Assembly (NCBI GenBank): GCA_048885525.1
Contig: JBHLLP010000019.1
Coordinates: 3,930-60,049 of the forward strand
Source: Candidatus Hermodarchaeota archaeon
GTDB taxonomy: Archaea > Asgardarchaeota > Lokiarchaeia > Sigyniarchaeales > SOKP01
Direction of reading: 5' to 3'
DNA: 56,120 bases
Below the pieces are notes generated by a model, which searched no databases, was not told where the DNA came from, and was given only the letters and a program-made list of their open reading frames with translations. A program made the translations under genes and the position numbers. Positions 1-9,000 of the stretch are shown here, piece after piece. The stretch's first letter is position 1; every line of letters starts with the position of its first letter.

Positions 1-810
1 TCGGGATGAAGCTCCTTACGCTGTTCATCTAATTCTCTCCGTTTTTCTATCATGAATGCTTTTTCTCCAATAGATTTGCTAATAGCCTCAGCTGGTTTCT
101 CTAGGTCGGGATGAAGCTCCTTACGCTGTTCATCTAATTCTCTCCGTTTTTCTATCATGAATGCTTTTTCTCCAATAGATTTTTCAATTTTTTCACTTAC
201 TGTTTCGATATCTGGACGCATTTCAATGCGTTTTTCATTAATTTCTCGTTGCTTTTCAACTCGAAAGGCTTTCTCTCCAATAGATTTTTCTAGTTTCTCA
301 CTAACACTTTCAATATCCGGATGGATTCCAATGCGTTGCTCATCAAGTGCACGTTGCTTTTCAATTCTAAACGCTTTCTCTCCAATAGATTTTTCTATTT
401 TCCCACTAACACTTTCTATATCCGGATGGATTTTAATGCGTTGCTCATCAAGTTTACGTTGCTTTTCAATTCTAAACGCTTTCTCTCCAATAGATTTTTC
501 TATTTTCCCACTAACATTTTCTATATCTAGATGGATTCCAATTCGTTGCTCATCTAATTCTTTTCTTTTTGTTATATGAAAAGCTTTCTCTCCAATGGAT
601 TTTTCTATTTTTTGAGCTGTGACTTCCATATCTGGATGGATACCAATACGTTGTTGATCAAGTTCACGTTGCTTTTCAATTCTAAACGCTTTCTCTCCCA
701 CAGATTTTTCTATTTTTTCAGCTGTACCTTCCAAATCAGGATGTAATTCTTTTAAATAAGCAGAAGTTTTTTTGTGAAGTTCAATTCTAAATGCTTTCTC
801 ATCTATTAAA
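1..810 (-). repeat. 105-bp coding tandem repeat, about 8 units visible
   Basis: A TTCTC(T)CCAATAGATTT-like motif recurs near 61, 166, 271, 376, 481, 586 and 691, with a degenerate copy near 796. Positions 1-77 are identical to 106-182. Confidence 0.9.
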
Positions 811-974
811 TCTGAGATTTGCTCTTTTCCTTCTTCGAATGACTTTTTCCTTTCTAACTCAATACTCTTTAAATAAGTTTCTCTTTCTTCTTTTTCTTTC
901 TTATAAAGGTTATCTACAAGTTTTTTTTGTTTTTCTATTTCTTCAGGGGACAAAGGTTTTTCATTTTCACCCAA
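1..974 (-). CDS. 35-aa tandem-repeat helical protein (3'-truncated by window edge; absent from ORF track)
   Basis: Manual translation from TTG at 974 (GTGAG SD-like motif upstream) gives MGENEKPLSPEEIEKQKKLVDNLY... and then repeats of IEKSIGEKAFRIEKQRELDEQRIGIHPDIExVSxK, open to position 1. The + strand ORFs 157-579, 321-530 and 791-1036 are its shadows. Confidence 0.85.
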   Translation of the reverse strand, partial: MGENEKPLSPEEIEKQKKLVDNLYKKEKEERETYLKSIELERKKSFEEGKEQISDLIDEKAFRIELHKKTSAYLKELHPDLEGTAEKIEKSVGEKAFRIEKQRELDQQRIGIHPDMEVTAQKIEKSIGEKAFHITKRKELDEQRIGIHLDIENVSGKIEKSIGEKAFRIEKQRKLDEQRIKIHPDIESVSGKIEKSIGEKAFRIEKQRALDEQRIGIHPDIESVSEKLEKSIGEKAFRVEKQREINEKRIEMRPDIETVSEKIEKSIGEKAFMIEKRRELDEQRKELHPDLEKPAEAISKSIGEKAFMIEKRRELDEQRKELHP

Positions 975-1097
975 TATACTCACTTTTGAAAAAATTTTTG
1001 AGATTTTTTAAATATAATATCAAAATTTGTATTTAATAATTTTTATTTTTATGCTAAAAATAAGTTTTAAATTAAAGAAAATTGGGGTCTAATTATT

Positions 1098-1847
1098 CTA
1101 TTTTATTGGAATAGGCTCAAAGGAATCATCGGGAATAATTTCCATGAGACTTAACATCGTTAATTTCATTGTAAGCATTTCTATAACTTCCTTTTCTAAT
1201 TTCTTTGATTTCTCAGAGTCTAATGATAAGTTATGTTTTGTAATTATATTTCTAAATTCTTGTTTTAAAAGTTCATACAACTCATCTTGGTTCTCTAATT
1301 TAATCTCTTGAGTCTTTAACCAACTATCAATTTCATTTTTAATTTGGATATCTGCACCATTTGTCATGTTATAAGCTACTTCAACTTCTTTCAGATCTTC
1401 TAGATTATCGAGATATGCTTGATCATGATACAGAGGCTTAATTAGTAATCCAAGATTCATTATTAAAGGTTGAATTTGAAGTTTCTCTAATGATTCGACT
1501 AAAAACTCTAAAACTTGATCTTTTTGTGATATTTTAGAATAATTAAGATATTCTTGGACAAAATGCATTATAGAATTTTTTATTAATAATTCTTCGAAAT
1601 CAAAGATAGAATCAGGTTTAATTTCAAGAGTACTATTGATACAATTATATAATGATTTCATGAATGGTTTTATATCTTTAAACATGGAAAATTTGTTTAT
1701 AAAACTCAAAATGTCGCTAATAATTTCGAGTTTATTCTCATCTGACTCCGAGTTGAAAAAATAGTTAATATTGTGTTCCAAATCGAAATTCTCATCAGAA
1801 ATTGATAAAAGCTGCTTTAACTCAGAATAAACAGAACTTAGATCCAC
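1098..1847 (-). CDS. hypothetical protein
   Basis: 249-aa ORF, acidic and helical composition, no motif recognised. Confidence 0.6.
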   Translation of the reverse strand: MDLSSVYSELKQLLSISDENFDLEHNINYFFNSESDENKLEIISDILSFINKFSMFKDIKPFMKSLYNCINSTLEIKPDSIFDFEELLIKNSIMHFVQEYLNYSKISQKDQVLEFLVESLEKLQIQPLIMNLGLLIKPLYHDQAYLDNLEDLKEVEVAYNMTNGADIQIKNEIDSWLKTQEIKLENQDELYELLKQEFRNIITKHNLSLDSEKSKKLEKEVIEMLTMKLTMLSLMEIIPDDSFEPIPIK

Positions 1848-1922
1848 GATAATTTTATTTCGTTTTAATCTTTTTTAAAATTTTTTTATTTTAAAATTAT
1901 TTGAAAAAATAACAACAAAACA

Positions 1923-3263
1923 CTAGAATGCTGTGGTTATTAATGCTTTAGTACCTTGTTTTTGGGCTTCTTGTATGATTTCCATAACCTTTGCAGATGA
2001 CATATTTGGTACTAAATCCAAAGCACTCAGACCAGATAGTTTTAATTCAGCAGTAATTGTCTCTGCAAGGTTGTTACAAGCTCCCGAAAAAAATACTTTT
2101 CTTCTACCAAATTCTTTCCTTAATTTTTCACCAACTTCATCTATTGCACAATATCCTGCAACTAATCCTTTAGTATATCCTTCTGCTCTTAACTGATCGA
2201 TTAAATCCTCATCATGACCTTTCCCCATTATGAGAAACCAACCACCTTCAAATTTATCTGAATAATCAAAAGCTAAAGTTTGTAAAAATATTAATGGATT
2301 ATTCTGACACCCTTCTCTGCATAAGAGTTCTTTACCTTTAACAATTCTAATATTCTCAGGAAATTTTTGAACAATATCCCAATCATATTTTTCTTTATAT
2401 TCCTCTAAATCTTTTCCAATAACCTGAATTTTATTTAAGTCCCCTTCACCTAATCCATGTTCATAAGCGATTTTTAAGTGAGGAATTTCATCAATAGAAA
2501 ATCCAAATATTCTAGCTCCTATTACATCAACAGCTAAAGTATCCCTTCCACCTATTAAAATATTAAAGGGAATTATTAATTCATTTTCCCAAGCTGTGGG
2601 TGAATAATGCCCATGTATAGTACCCTCAACACCATCTATAATTGTAATATCTGGTCTAATCAAATCATACAGTTTTACTAATTTTGAATGTAAATTATAA
2701 TTATGATCCTTACCACGATCCGCATGTTGGGGGAATCCCCATTGATTCTTAATTCCTAAAGTTACAACTGTCATACTATGTGTTTTCAATTTTGGTAAAT
2801 TAATGTATGTTACAGAATTTCGATTATCAATAATACTTACTATTGTTTCAGGCAATCTAAAAGTCTTTAAATTATAACCCTTTGAATCTTCCTCTGATGA
2901 TGTTTTATATTTAAAATCAAAAGTCCGAGTATCTTCCTCATCCAAATATATAATTTTTGCTCCTTTTTTTTCACAAATTTCTTTGTACCCTGTAATTTCA
3001 AAAACAATCCTAGTTAAATTACCCTGTGATGAATTCTCCATAACATAAACTTCTGCACCTTTTTTTTTCAGATATTCTATAACACATTCTAAAACTTCCG
3101 GGGATGTATAGGTATGCTTCTTGAAGTCAATTCCATTAATTTTAATATATACTTTTTTTGATTTTTTGATTATTGGTTGTTTATTTTCCTCAATATGAGT
3201 AAAAAGTAGATTTACAGCAGATTTAATACCTTGATTTATATCTTCAATATATACTTTCACCAT
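1923..3263 (-). CDS. DUF362 family (Fe-S associated) protein
   Basis: Motifs IKIN, INLPKLKTH, TLGIKNQWG, IIDGVEG, DTLAVD; C-terminal Cys cluster (CREGC, GYCA, GACN). Confidence 0.75.
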   Translation of the reverse strand: MVKVYIEDINQGIKSAVNLLFTHIEENKQPIIKKSKKVYIKINGIDFKKHTYTSPEVLECVIEYLKKKGAEVYVMENSSQGNLTRIVFEITGYKEICEKKGAKIIYLDEEDTRTFDFKYKTSSEEDSKGYNLKTFRLPETIVSIIDNRNSVTYINLPKLKTHSMTVVTLGIKNQWGFPQHADRGKDHNYNLHSKLVKLYDLIRPDITIIDGVEGTIHGHYSPTAWENELIIPFNILIGGRDTLAVDVIGARIFGFSIDEIPHLKIAYEHGLGEGDLNKIQVIGKDLEEYKEKYDWDIVQKFPENIRIVKGKELLCREGCQNNPLIFLQTLAFDYSDKFEGGWFLIMGKGHDEDLIDQLRAEGYTKGLVAGYCAIDEVGEKLRKEFGRRKVFFSGACNNLAETITAELKLSGLSALDLVPNMSSAKVMEIIQEAQKQGTKALITTAF

Positions 3264-3310
3264 GAATACTCACTTTTTTTTGTAAATCCCCACTATTAAA
3301 ATAATTTTGC

Positions 3311-3370
3311 GAAATATTTAAATAAGAAAATTGATTTTTTGATCATATGTCATATTTGGACATATGACAT
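3311..3370 (+). promoter_or_regulatory. BRE/TATA (TTTAAATA 3317-3324) followed by inverted-repeat operator ATGTCATAT-N6-ATATGACAT (3347-3370)
   Basis: Perfect 9-bp inverted repeat just downstream of a TATA-like box and upstream of a PadR-family gene. Confidence 0.55.
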
Positions 3371-3389
3371 TTACTGTTCTAAGGTGTTA

Positions 3390-4124
3390 TTGACAGTGTT
3401 TAATAGAGATATAGATCATTTTAGGTTTGAGGATGAACCATATAAGATTATGGGACAAGGTCCACCTGAACATCATGGACCTCCACCTCCTTTTGGTGGT
3501 TTTCCTCCATTTGGAACATTTCGACCATTTACAAGAGGTCATTTCAAACCTCCTCTACCGATAGGACGTGAATCCTTTCAAGAAATTAGAGATTTTATCA
3601 TTTTATTAATAATTTCTGAGTATCCAGAGGGAATTACAGGGTATCAGTTACAAGAAAAATATAATTTTCCAAGAGGAACCTTGATAAGAACCCTACAAGA
3701 ATTGGAAGAAAAGAAATATTTAGAATCTAAAGAAGAAATTGTTGAAGGTCGAGCTAACAAATTCTTTATAATAACGGATCTTGGAAGGAAATTCTTAGAT
3801 GAATTAAAATTGAGATGGGCAAATTTATTTAGCATAATGGCAGAGATATCTCCCTCTAAGGGATTAAGATTGGTTTTATCAGAGAAAATAAATGAATTTG
3901 AGTCAAAAGATGATGCGATTGATTTTTTTAGAGGTATAAGATCCTGGATGAAAGGTATGCTCCAACATATAGAAAGAAGAATTGAAAACTTAAAAGGTAC
4001 AAGAGCTAACCTAGATAAGATAATTCAAGAAATTGAAAACATGGACTCCTTAAATAAAGATCAAATAATAGAAATGGTTAATAAGGCAATTGAAAAAAAT
4101 AAGGAACATGATAATGACGTTTAA
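3390..4124 (+). CDS. PadR-family winged-helix transcriptional regulator with Pro/Gly/His-rich N-terminus
   Basis: wHTH motifs ILLIISEYPEGITGYQL, GTLIRTLQELEEKKYL, RANKFFIITDLG. Start uncertain: TTG 3390 after AGGTG, GTG 3396 or ATG 3450. Confidence 0.8.
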   Translation: MTVFNRDIDHFRFEDEPYKIMGQGPPEHHGPPPPFGGFPPFGTFRPFTRGHFKPPLPIGRESFQEIRDFIILLIISEYPEGITGYQLQEKYNFPRGTLIRTLQELEEKKYLESKEEIVEGRANKFFIITDLGRKFLDELKLRWANLFSIMAEISPSKGLRLVLSEKINEFESKDDAIDFFRGIRSWMKGMLQHIERRIENLKGTRANLDKIIQEIENMDSLNKDQIIEMVNKAIEKNKEHDNDV

Positions 4125-5184
4125 AGAAGAAAAAATTGTCAAGTCTGAAATTGTTTTAAAATTGGAAAATTTAACTAAAAGATTTGGTGATTTAACGGCA
4201 GTTAACAATATTAATCTTGAAGTCCATAGAGGGGAAACCATAGGGTTAGTTGGTCCTAATGGGGCAGGTAAAACTACCACAATTAAGATGATAGCGAAGA
4301 TATTAAGACCAAATTCAGGGAGAATTCTTATCAGAACTAATGGCGTTGAATTACAAAATTTAGCAAAGATCTCACGAAATATCACTCAAATTGGATTTCT
4401 AATTGACATTCCTGCTTTTTACAATATGACTGCTAATCAACTATTAAGATATTTCGCAAACCTCCAAAATTACCCAAAGAATAAAATCGATCAAAGAATT
4501 GATGAACTTTTAGAACGTTTCAAACTCTCTGAATGGAAATATAAACCAGTTAAAACTTTTTCGAAAGGAATGATACAAAAAATAGGAATAATTCAAGCAC
4601 TTATACATGATCCAGAGATTATAATATTAGACGAACCACAAACAGGTTTGGATCCATTAGCACGTGTTGAAATAAGGAAATATATTCGAGAACTGCAATC
4701 ACTGGGAAAAACAATATTTGTAGCATCTCACATGCTATATGAAATTTCAGAGGTTTGTGACAAAATTGCGTTAATCAATTATGGCTCCATAATTGGATTT
4801 GATACTGTAGAGAATTTAGCACTCGTATTAAAAACTAGTGAATTAAATTGCATATTACTTGAGCCAATTAAACCAAGTGAATTAGAGTCCTTAATAAATC
4901 GTTTAACTGAAAGACTTGATCCTTATCTTGATAAAGATTTAGACCCAATGGTATCAAAAATTCCAGTGAAGTATTATCCTAAAGAACAAGGATTAAAAAT
5001 TTTTTATGATGGAAGAAATGAATCAAAAGGAGATATCTTAAAGATTTTGATCAAGGAATTCGAATCAGACTTTACTGTGATCTCCTTTACTCAGCCCAAA
5101 ACTTCTCAATTAGAAAGAGTTTATGCTGAAATGGTAAAAGATAATGATTCAATAGAAAAAAATGTATTAAATAGAGGGGTGTAA
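4090..5184 (+). CDS. ABC-2 type transporter ATP-binding protein
   Basis: Walker A GPNGAGKTT, signature FSKGM, Walker B IIILDEP, H-loop ASH; true start probably ~4108-4114. Confidence 0.9.
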   Translation: MKKIRNMIMTFKEEKIVKSEIVLKLENLTKRFGDLTAVNNINLEVHRGETIGLVGPNGAGKTTTIKMIAKILRPNSGRILIRTNGVELQNLAKISRNITQIGFLIDIPAFYNMTANQLLRYFANLQNYPKNKIDQRIDELLERFKLSEWKYKPVKTFSKGMIQKIGIIQALIHDPEIIILDEPQTGLDPLARVEIRKYIRELQSLGKTIFVASHMLYEISEVCDKIALINYGSIIGFDTVENLALVLKTSELNCILLEPIKPSELESLINRLTERLDPYLDKDLDPMVSKIPVKYYPKEQGLKIFYDGRNESKGDILKILIKEFESDFTVISFTQPKTSQLERVYAEMVKDNDSIEKNVLNRGV

Positions 5185-5189
5185 AAAAA

Positions 5190-6044
5190 ATGGAAAATAG
5201 AAAAAATAGATTTAATGGAATAAAACCAATGTTTTACACCATTGTTTTTGAAATTAAAAAACAAAGAAAAAAATTTTATTTCTTTTCTTTAATCGCGATA
5301 ATTGTAGCAATCTTATTAGGTTATGTTCTACAATTAATTCCCGGTTATCTTTTATCGGATACACAAGCAGAATTCTTTAATAATGGATTACAATTCATTT
5401 CATTCATAACTTTATTTTCTGCATGTTTATTTTTCTCGGGTATTATCTGTTCTGAATATGATAAAAAAACAGGTTTTATAGTTTTTCCCAAAATAAACAA
5501 ATACAAATTGATACTAGGTAAATATTTTGGCAATCTAATACTTGTTGTTTCGATTATAACAATTTACTATTTTATTTTAGGAATTCTTGGATTTTACTAT
5601 TATGGTGGACCAATTAACATTCGATTATTTTATTCATACGGCATTGCAATATTATATGTAATAGCATTAAGCAGTTTTGTGACATTTTTTAGTTCATTTA
5701 TGAGAAGTGTAAATCTAACAATTATATCTACTTTAATACTTCTTTTAATTGGATTTACTATTGCTGATCAGATTGTGACATTGGTGTTTAAGGAAAGTTT
5801 TGAACCTTTATATTCTCTAGCATATTTAGGGTCTCTCATAACTGGGATACTCGAATATCCTTTTCCAGATCCGAGATTTACTGAATTTTCATTTAGTGGC
5901 ATGGGTCCAGGTGGTATGGGAGGTGACTTTTCATTTGGTCAATGGGTAACACCAAGTATCGAGATGGGAATTACATTACTAATTGTTTTTATTGTGTTTT
6001 ATTTTCTATTAGCAGCATATCTATTCAAACGGAGGCAATTATAA
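5190..6044 (+). CDS. ABC-2 type transporter permease
   Basis: About 6 hydrophobic segments, SEYDKKTG and ILGKY motifs, directly follows the ATPase. Confidence 0.85.
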   Translation: MENRKNRFNGIKPMFYTIVFEIKKQRKKFYFFSLIAIIVAILLGYVLQLIPGYLLSDTQAEFFNNGLQFISFITLFSACLFFSGIICSEYDKKTGFIVFPKINKYKLILGKYFGNLILVVSIITIYYFILGILGFYYYGGPINIRLFYSYGIAILYVIALSSFVTFFSSFMRSVNLTIISTLILLLIGFTIADQIVTLVFKESFEPLYSLAYLGSLITGILEYPFPDPRFTEFSFSGMGPGGMGGDFSFGQWVTPSIEMGITLLIVFIVFYFLLAAYLFKRRQL

Positions 6045-6045
6045 A

Positions 6046-7026
6046 ATGAATAAAAATACAAGATTTAACTTAATTGGAGTATCATTACTCTGTATAATTT
6101 TCTTAGGAATTTTTTCAACAACTAGCATTGCTAATGGAAATTATAATATTGCTTTGACAAAGGGGACTGAAGTGCTTATAGTTTCACAATATGATGATGT
6201 TGCTTGGAAAAATACAGTAAATACAAGTACCACACCCTCCAATTGGTTCGAAGGAGATTCAAATCAAACTGGAGCTATGAGTAAAAATACTATCAAAGGC
6301 TGGAATTATGTTACATGGGAAACTTATGATGTTTTTGTTTCATTATTTTTACCTACATTGTTCGAACCAGAAGAACTTATCCAATTATTAGGTCTATTGA
6401 ATAATCAAGGATACAACGAAACCAATATAAATGCTAATTACACAAATACATACAATCTATGGGTTGGTTTACGTGCAACATGGAATTTTACGATTGGAAG
6501 TTTTGAGGAAGATCCTACAGATGCAAATGATGCGCTTTTAATATTCAAAAATCCTACAGACTTAGATGAAATTCTCAATGACTACAATAATTTATCAGCA
6601 GAACTAAACAATCTTCCTACGATCCAATTTTCAGGATACAGCTTTCCAATATTAGAACCAGATGAATTTCTATGGTTATTTATCTTTAATGGGCTCACCT
6701 TAGGCTTCCCATTTGCGTACTATTTAGCAGAGCTTATTACTACACTCGATTGTAAAAATGCAACAGTTAGCAATAAAGTCCTTACAATTAACCGCACTGG
6801 TAAAACAAATTATACTGTAGAAATTGGTTACGGTTCTGAAGGAACTATGTCATCATTTATTGTAAAAGATGAAGGTAATAATATTATATACCAAATTATC
6901 AGTAGAAATTCAGATTGGGTCTTTTATACGATAATGATCATAATTACATTTGGCATTGGAGGCTTATTTACTTATTTAATTTTCAGAAAACTGAGGATTA
7001 AAAAAATAAGGTATAGAAATAAATAA
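6046..7026 (+). CDS. secreted, C-terminally membrane-anchored protein
   Basis: N-terminal signal-like hydrophobic stretch, several N-x-T/S sequons, C-terminal TM helix with basic tail. Confidence 0.7.
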   Translation: MNKNTRFNLIGVSLLCIIFLGIFSTTSIANGNYNIALTKGTEVLIVSQYDDVAWKNTVNTSTTPSNWFEGDSNQTGAMSKNTIKGWNYVTWETYDVFVSLFLPTLFEPEELIQLLGLLNNQGYNETNINANYTNTYNLWVGLRATWNFTIGSFEEDPTDANDALLIFKNPTDLDEILNDYNNLSAELNNLPTIQFSGYSFPILEPDEFLWLFIFNGLTLGFPFAYYLAELITTLDCKNATVSNKVLTINRTGKTNYTVEIGYGSEGTMSSFIVKDEGNNIIYQIISRNSDWVFYTIMIIITFGIGGLFTYLIFRKLRIKKIRYRNK

Positions 7027-7254
7027 TTCATTTTATTTTTTATTATTTTTTTATATTGTAAAGGTGGAAAATTATGATTATCCAAAATGTAGCATTAGAA
7101 AATAATCATTTAATTATTTTAGGGATTATCTCTGAGTTTTATGAAATAAAATCAAAAAATATTTTTAAAATTAATATTTTAATAAGTTAAGTTAGACCTT
7201 TAAAAAAGATGAGAATAGATTTTTTACCTTAAAAAGTAATCAGGTGAATTAAAA

Positions 7255-8988
7255 ATTAACTCCGCAAGAATGATTTTAAAATATTGGTTAAAATCCCGAA
7301 AGGATTTTATATTTCAATTTACATTACTAGCGTTATCTACAATCTTTTCTACTACTACTCCAATATTTATTGGAAGATTAGTTGGTGGATTAACCGATGC
7401 TAGAAATTTAATATTAAATTTCTTGTTTATAATTCTATTTGCTGGTTTGGCATATTTTGCAGCCAGAGCAGCTAGACTTAGCGGTGCTGAAGTTTCTTCT
7501 AGGGCAATATATTATTTAAGAGATGATATTAGCAATGCTATTTATCGACAATCTTTTTCATACTTTGATAAGACTGAAACTGGTCAATTAATATCAAGAG
7601 CTACAAGTGATGTTGAAGAAACGCAACAAATATTTGGATTCGGTTTACAAATGGGTCTACAGTCGATACTTCAACTTATAGGAATTACTGTAGGATTTTT
7701 GATTTTTAGTCTAGAGTTATCGATACTTTTAGTTGTAGGATTTACAATATCAATAGGACTATCCGTTTTTATAGCCAAAAAGCTAAAACCAATATTTTTA
7801 GAGACAAGGGAAAGTTTTGGTAATTTAACAAATACTATTAGAGAAAACATAGTTGGAGCTGAAGTTGTACGGATGTTTAGTACTCAAGATAAAGAACGCC
7901 AAAAGTTTCTGAAAAACAATAAACGTTTTTATAAAGCAAGTGTAGAATCGGTTAAATTTAATTCACTTTATATGCCCTTGATCTATATTATTATCGGATT
8001 TATGATAATCATTACTTTTTTCTTAGGAGGCCTGTGGGTAATAGAGGGAAATATGGATCTACAGACTTTAGTGACTTTGGAATCATATATCGCTTCGCTA
8101 GGATTTCCATTGATGATGTTAGGGGGGATCATGCTTGTTTATATTCAAGCAGATGCTGCTTTGACCAGAGTAAGAGAAGTTATTGACTCAGCTCCTGAAA
8201 TAAATGACCTACCTGATGCGATCTCTATAGAATCTTTAGATGGTGAAGTTGAGTTTAATGATGTTACTTTTGGATATACTTCTGATAATAGAATTTTAAA
8301 AAATGTATCTTTTAAGGTTCCTGCAGGTAAAACAATGGCAATATTAGGTACAACTGGATCTGGTAAATCAACAATAATTAGCTTAATCCCTCGTTTCTAT
8401 GAAGTAAATGAAGGAAAAATCAATATTGATGGAAGAAATATTAAAAATTACGTACTAAAAGACTTACGCCGAAATATAGGAATAGTTTCACAGGAAACCT
8501 ATCTGTTTAATAAAAGCATTTCAGATAATATAGCATTTGGTAAAGAAGATGCAAGTAAAGAAGAAATAATAAGCGCTGCAAAAATTGCTAATTTGCATGA
8601 TTTCATAACTTCCTTACCTGATGGATATGGTTCAATTGTTGGTGAAAGAGGAACTAGACTCTCTGGTGGTCAAAAACAACGATTATCCATTGCAAGAGCC
8701 TTAATCATTAAACCAAAAATACTAATATTTGATGACTCTACGAGTTCTGTTGACGTGGAAACTGAATATAAAATTCAGGAAGCATTGACAAAAGTAATGA
8801 AGGATACAACTACAATAATAATCACACAACGCATATCTACAATTCGAAACGCTGATATCATCCTTATTCTCGATCGTGGACGTGTGGTTGGTTTGGGGAG
8901 TCATGATGAGTTAATAGAGTCAAATGTTCTTTATAAACAGATATATGAAACACTATTTCAAAAACAAAAAGCAAAGATTTCAACTTAG
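7255..8988 (+). CDS. ABC exporter, fused permease/ATPase (MdlA/MsbA-like half transporter)
   Basis: TM domain, then GTTGSGKST, LSGGQKQR, IFDDSTS (degenerate site). ATG at 7270; in-frame ATT at 7255 lies 7 nt after AGGTGA. Confidence 0.9.
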   Translation: MNSARMILKYWLKSRKDFIFQFTLLALSTIFSTTTPIFIGRLVGGLTDARNLILNFLFIILFAGLAYFAARAARLSGAEVSSRAIYYLRDDISNAIYRQSFSYFDKTETGQLISRATSDVEETQQIFGFGLQMGLQSILQLIGITVGFLIFSLELSILLVVGFTISIGLSVFIAKKLKPIFLETRESFGNLTNTIRENIVGAEVVRMFSTQDKERQKFLKNNKRFYKASVESVKFNSLYMPLIYIIIGFMIIITFFLGGLWVIEGNMDLQTLVTLESYIASLGFPLMMLGGIMLVYIQADAALTRVREVIDSAPEINDLPDAISIESLDGEVEFNDVTFGYTSDNRILKNVSFKVPAGKTMAILGTTGSGKSTIISLIPRFYEVNEGKINIDGRNIKNYVLKDLRRNIGIVSQETYLFNKSISDNIAFGKEDASKEEIISAAKIANLHDFITSLPDGYGSIVGERGTRLSGGQKQRLSIARALIIKPKILIFDDSTSSVDVETEYKIQEALTKVMKDTTTIIITQRISTIRNADIILILDRGRVVGLGSHDELIESNVLYKQIYETLFQKQKAKIST

Positions 8989-9000
8989 GAGGATTATAAA

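Noticed and set aside
1-810. CRISPR array
   Set aside because: The 105-bp period is a multiple of 3, units are similar along their whole length with no unique spacers, and an open minus-strand frame runs through them.
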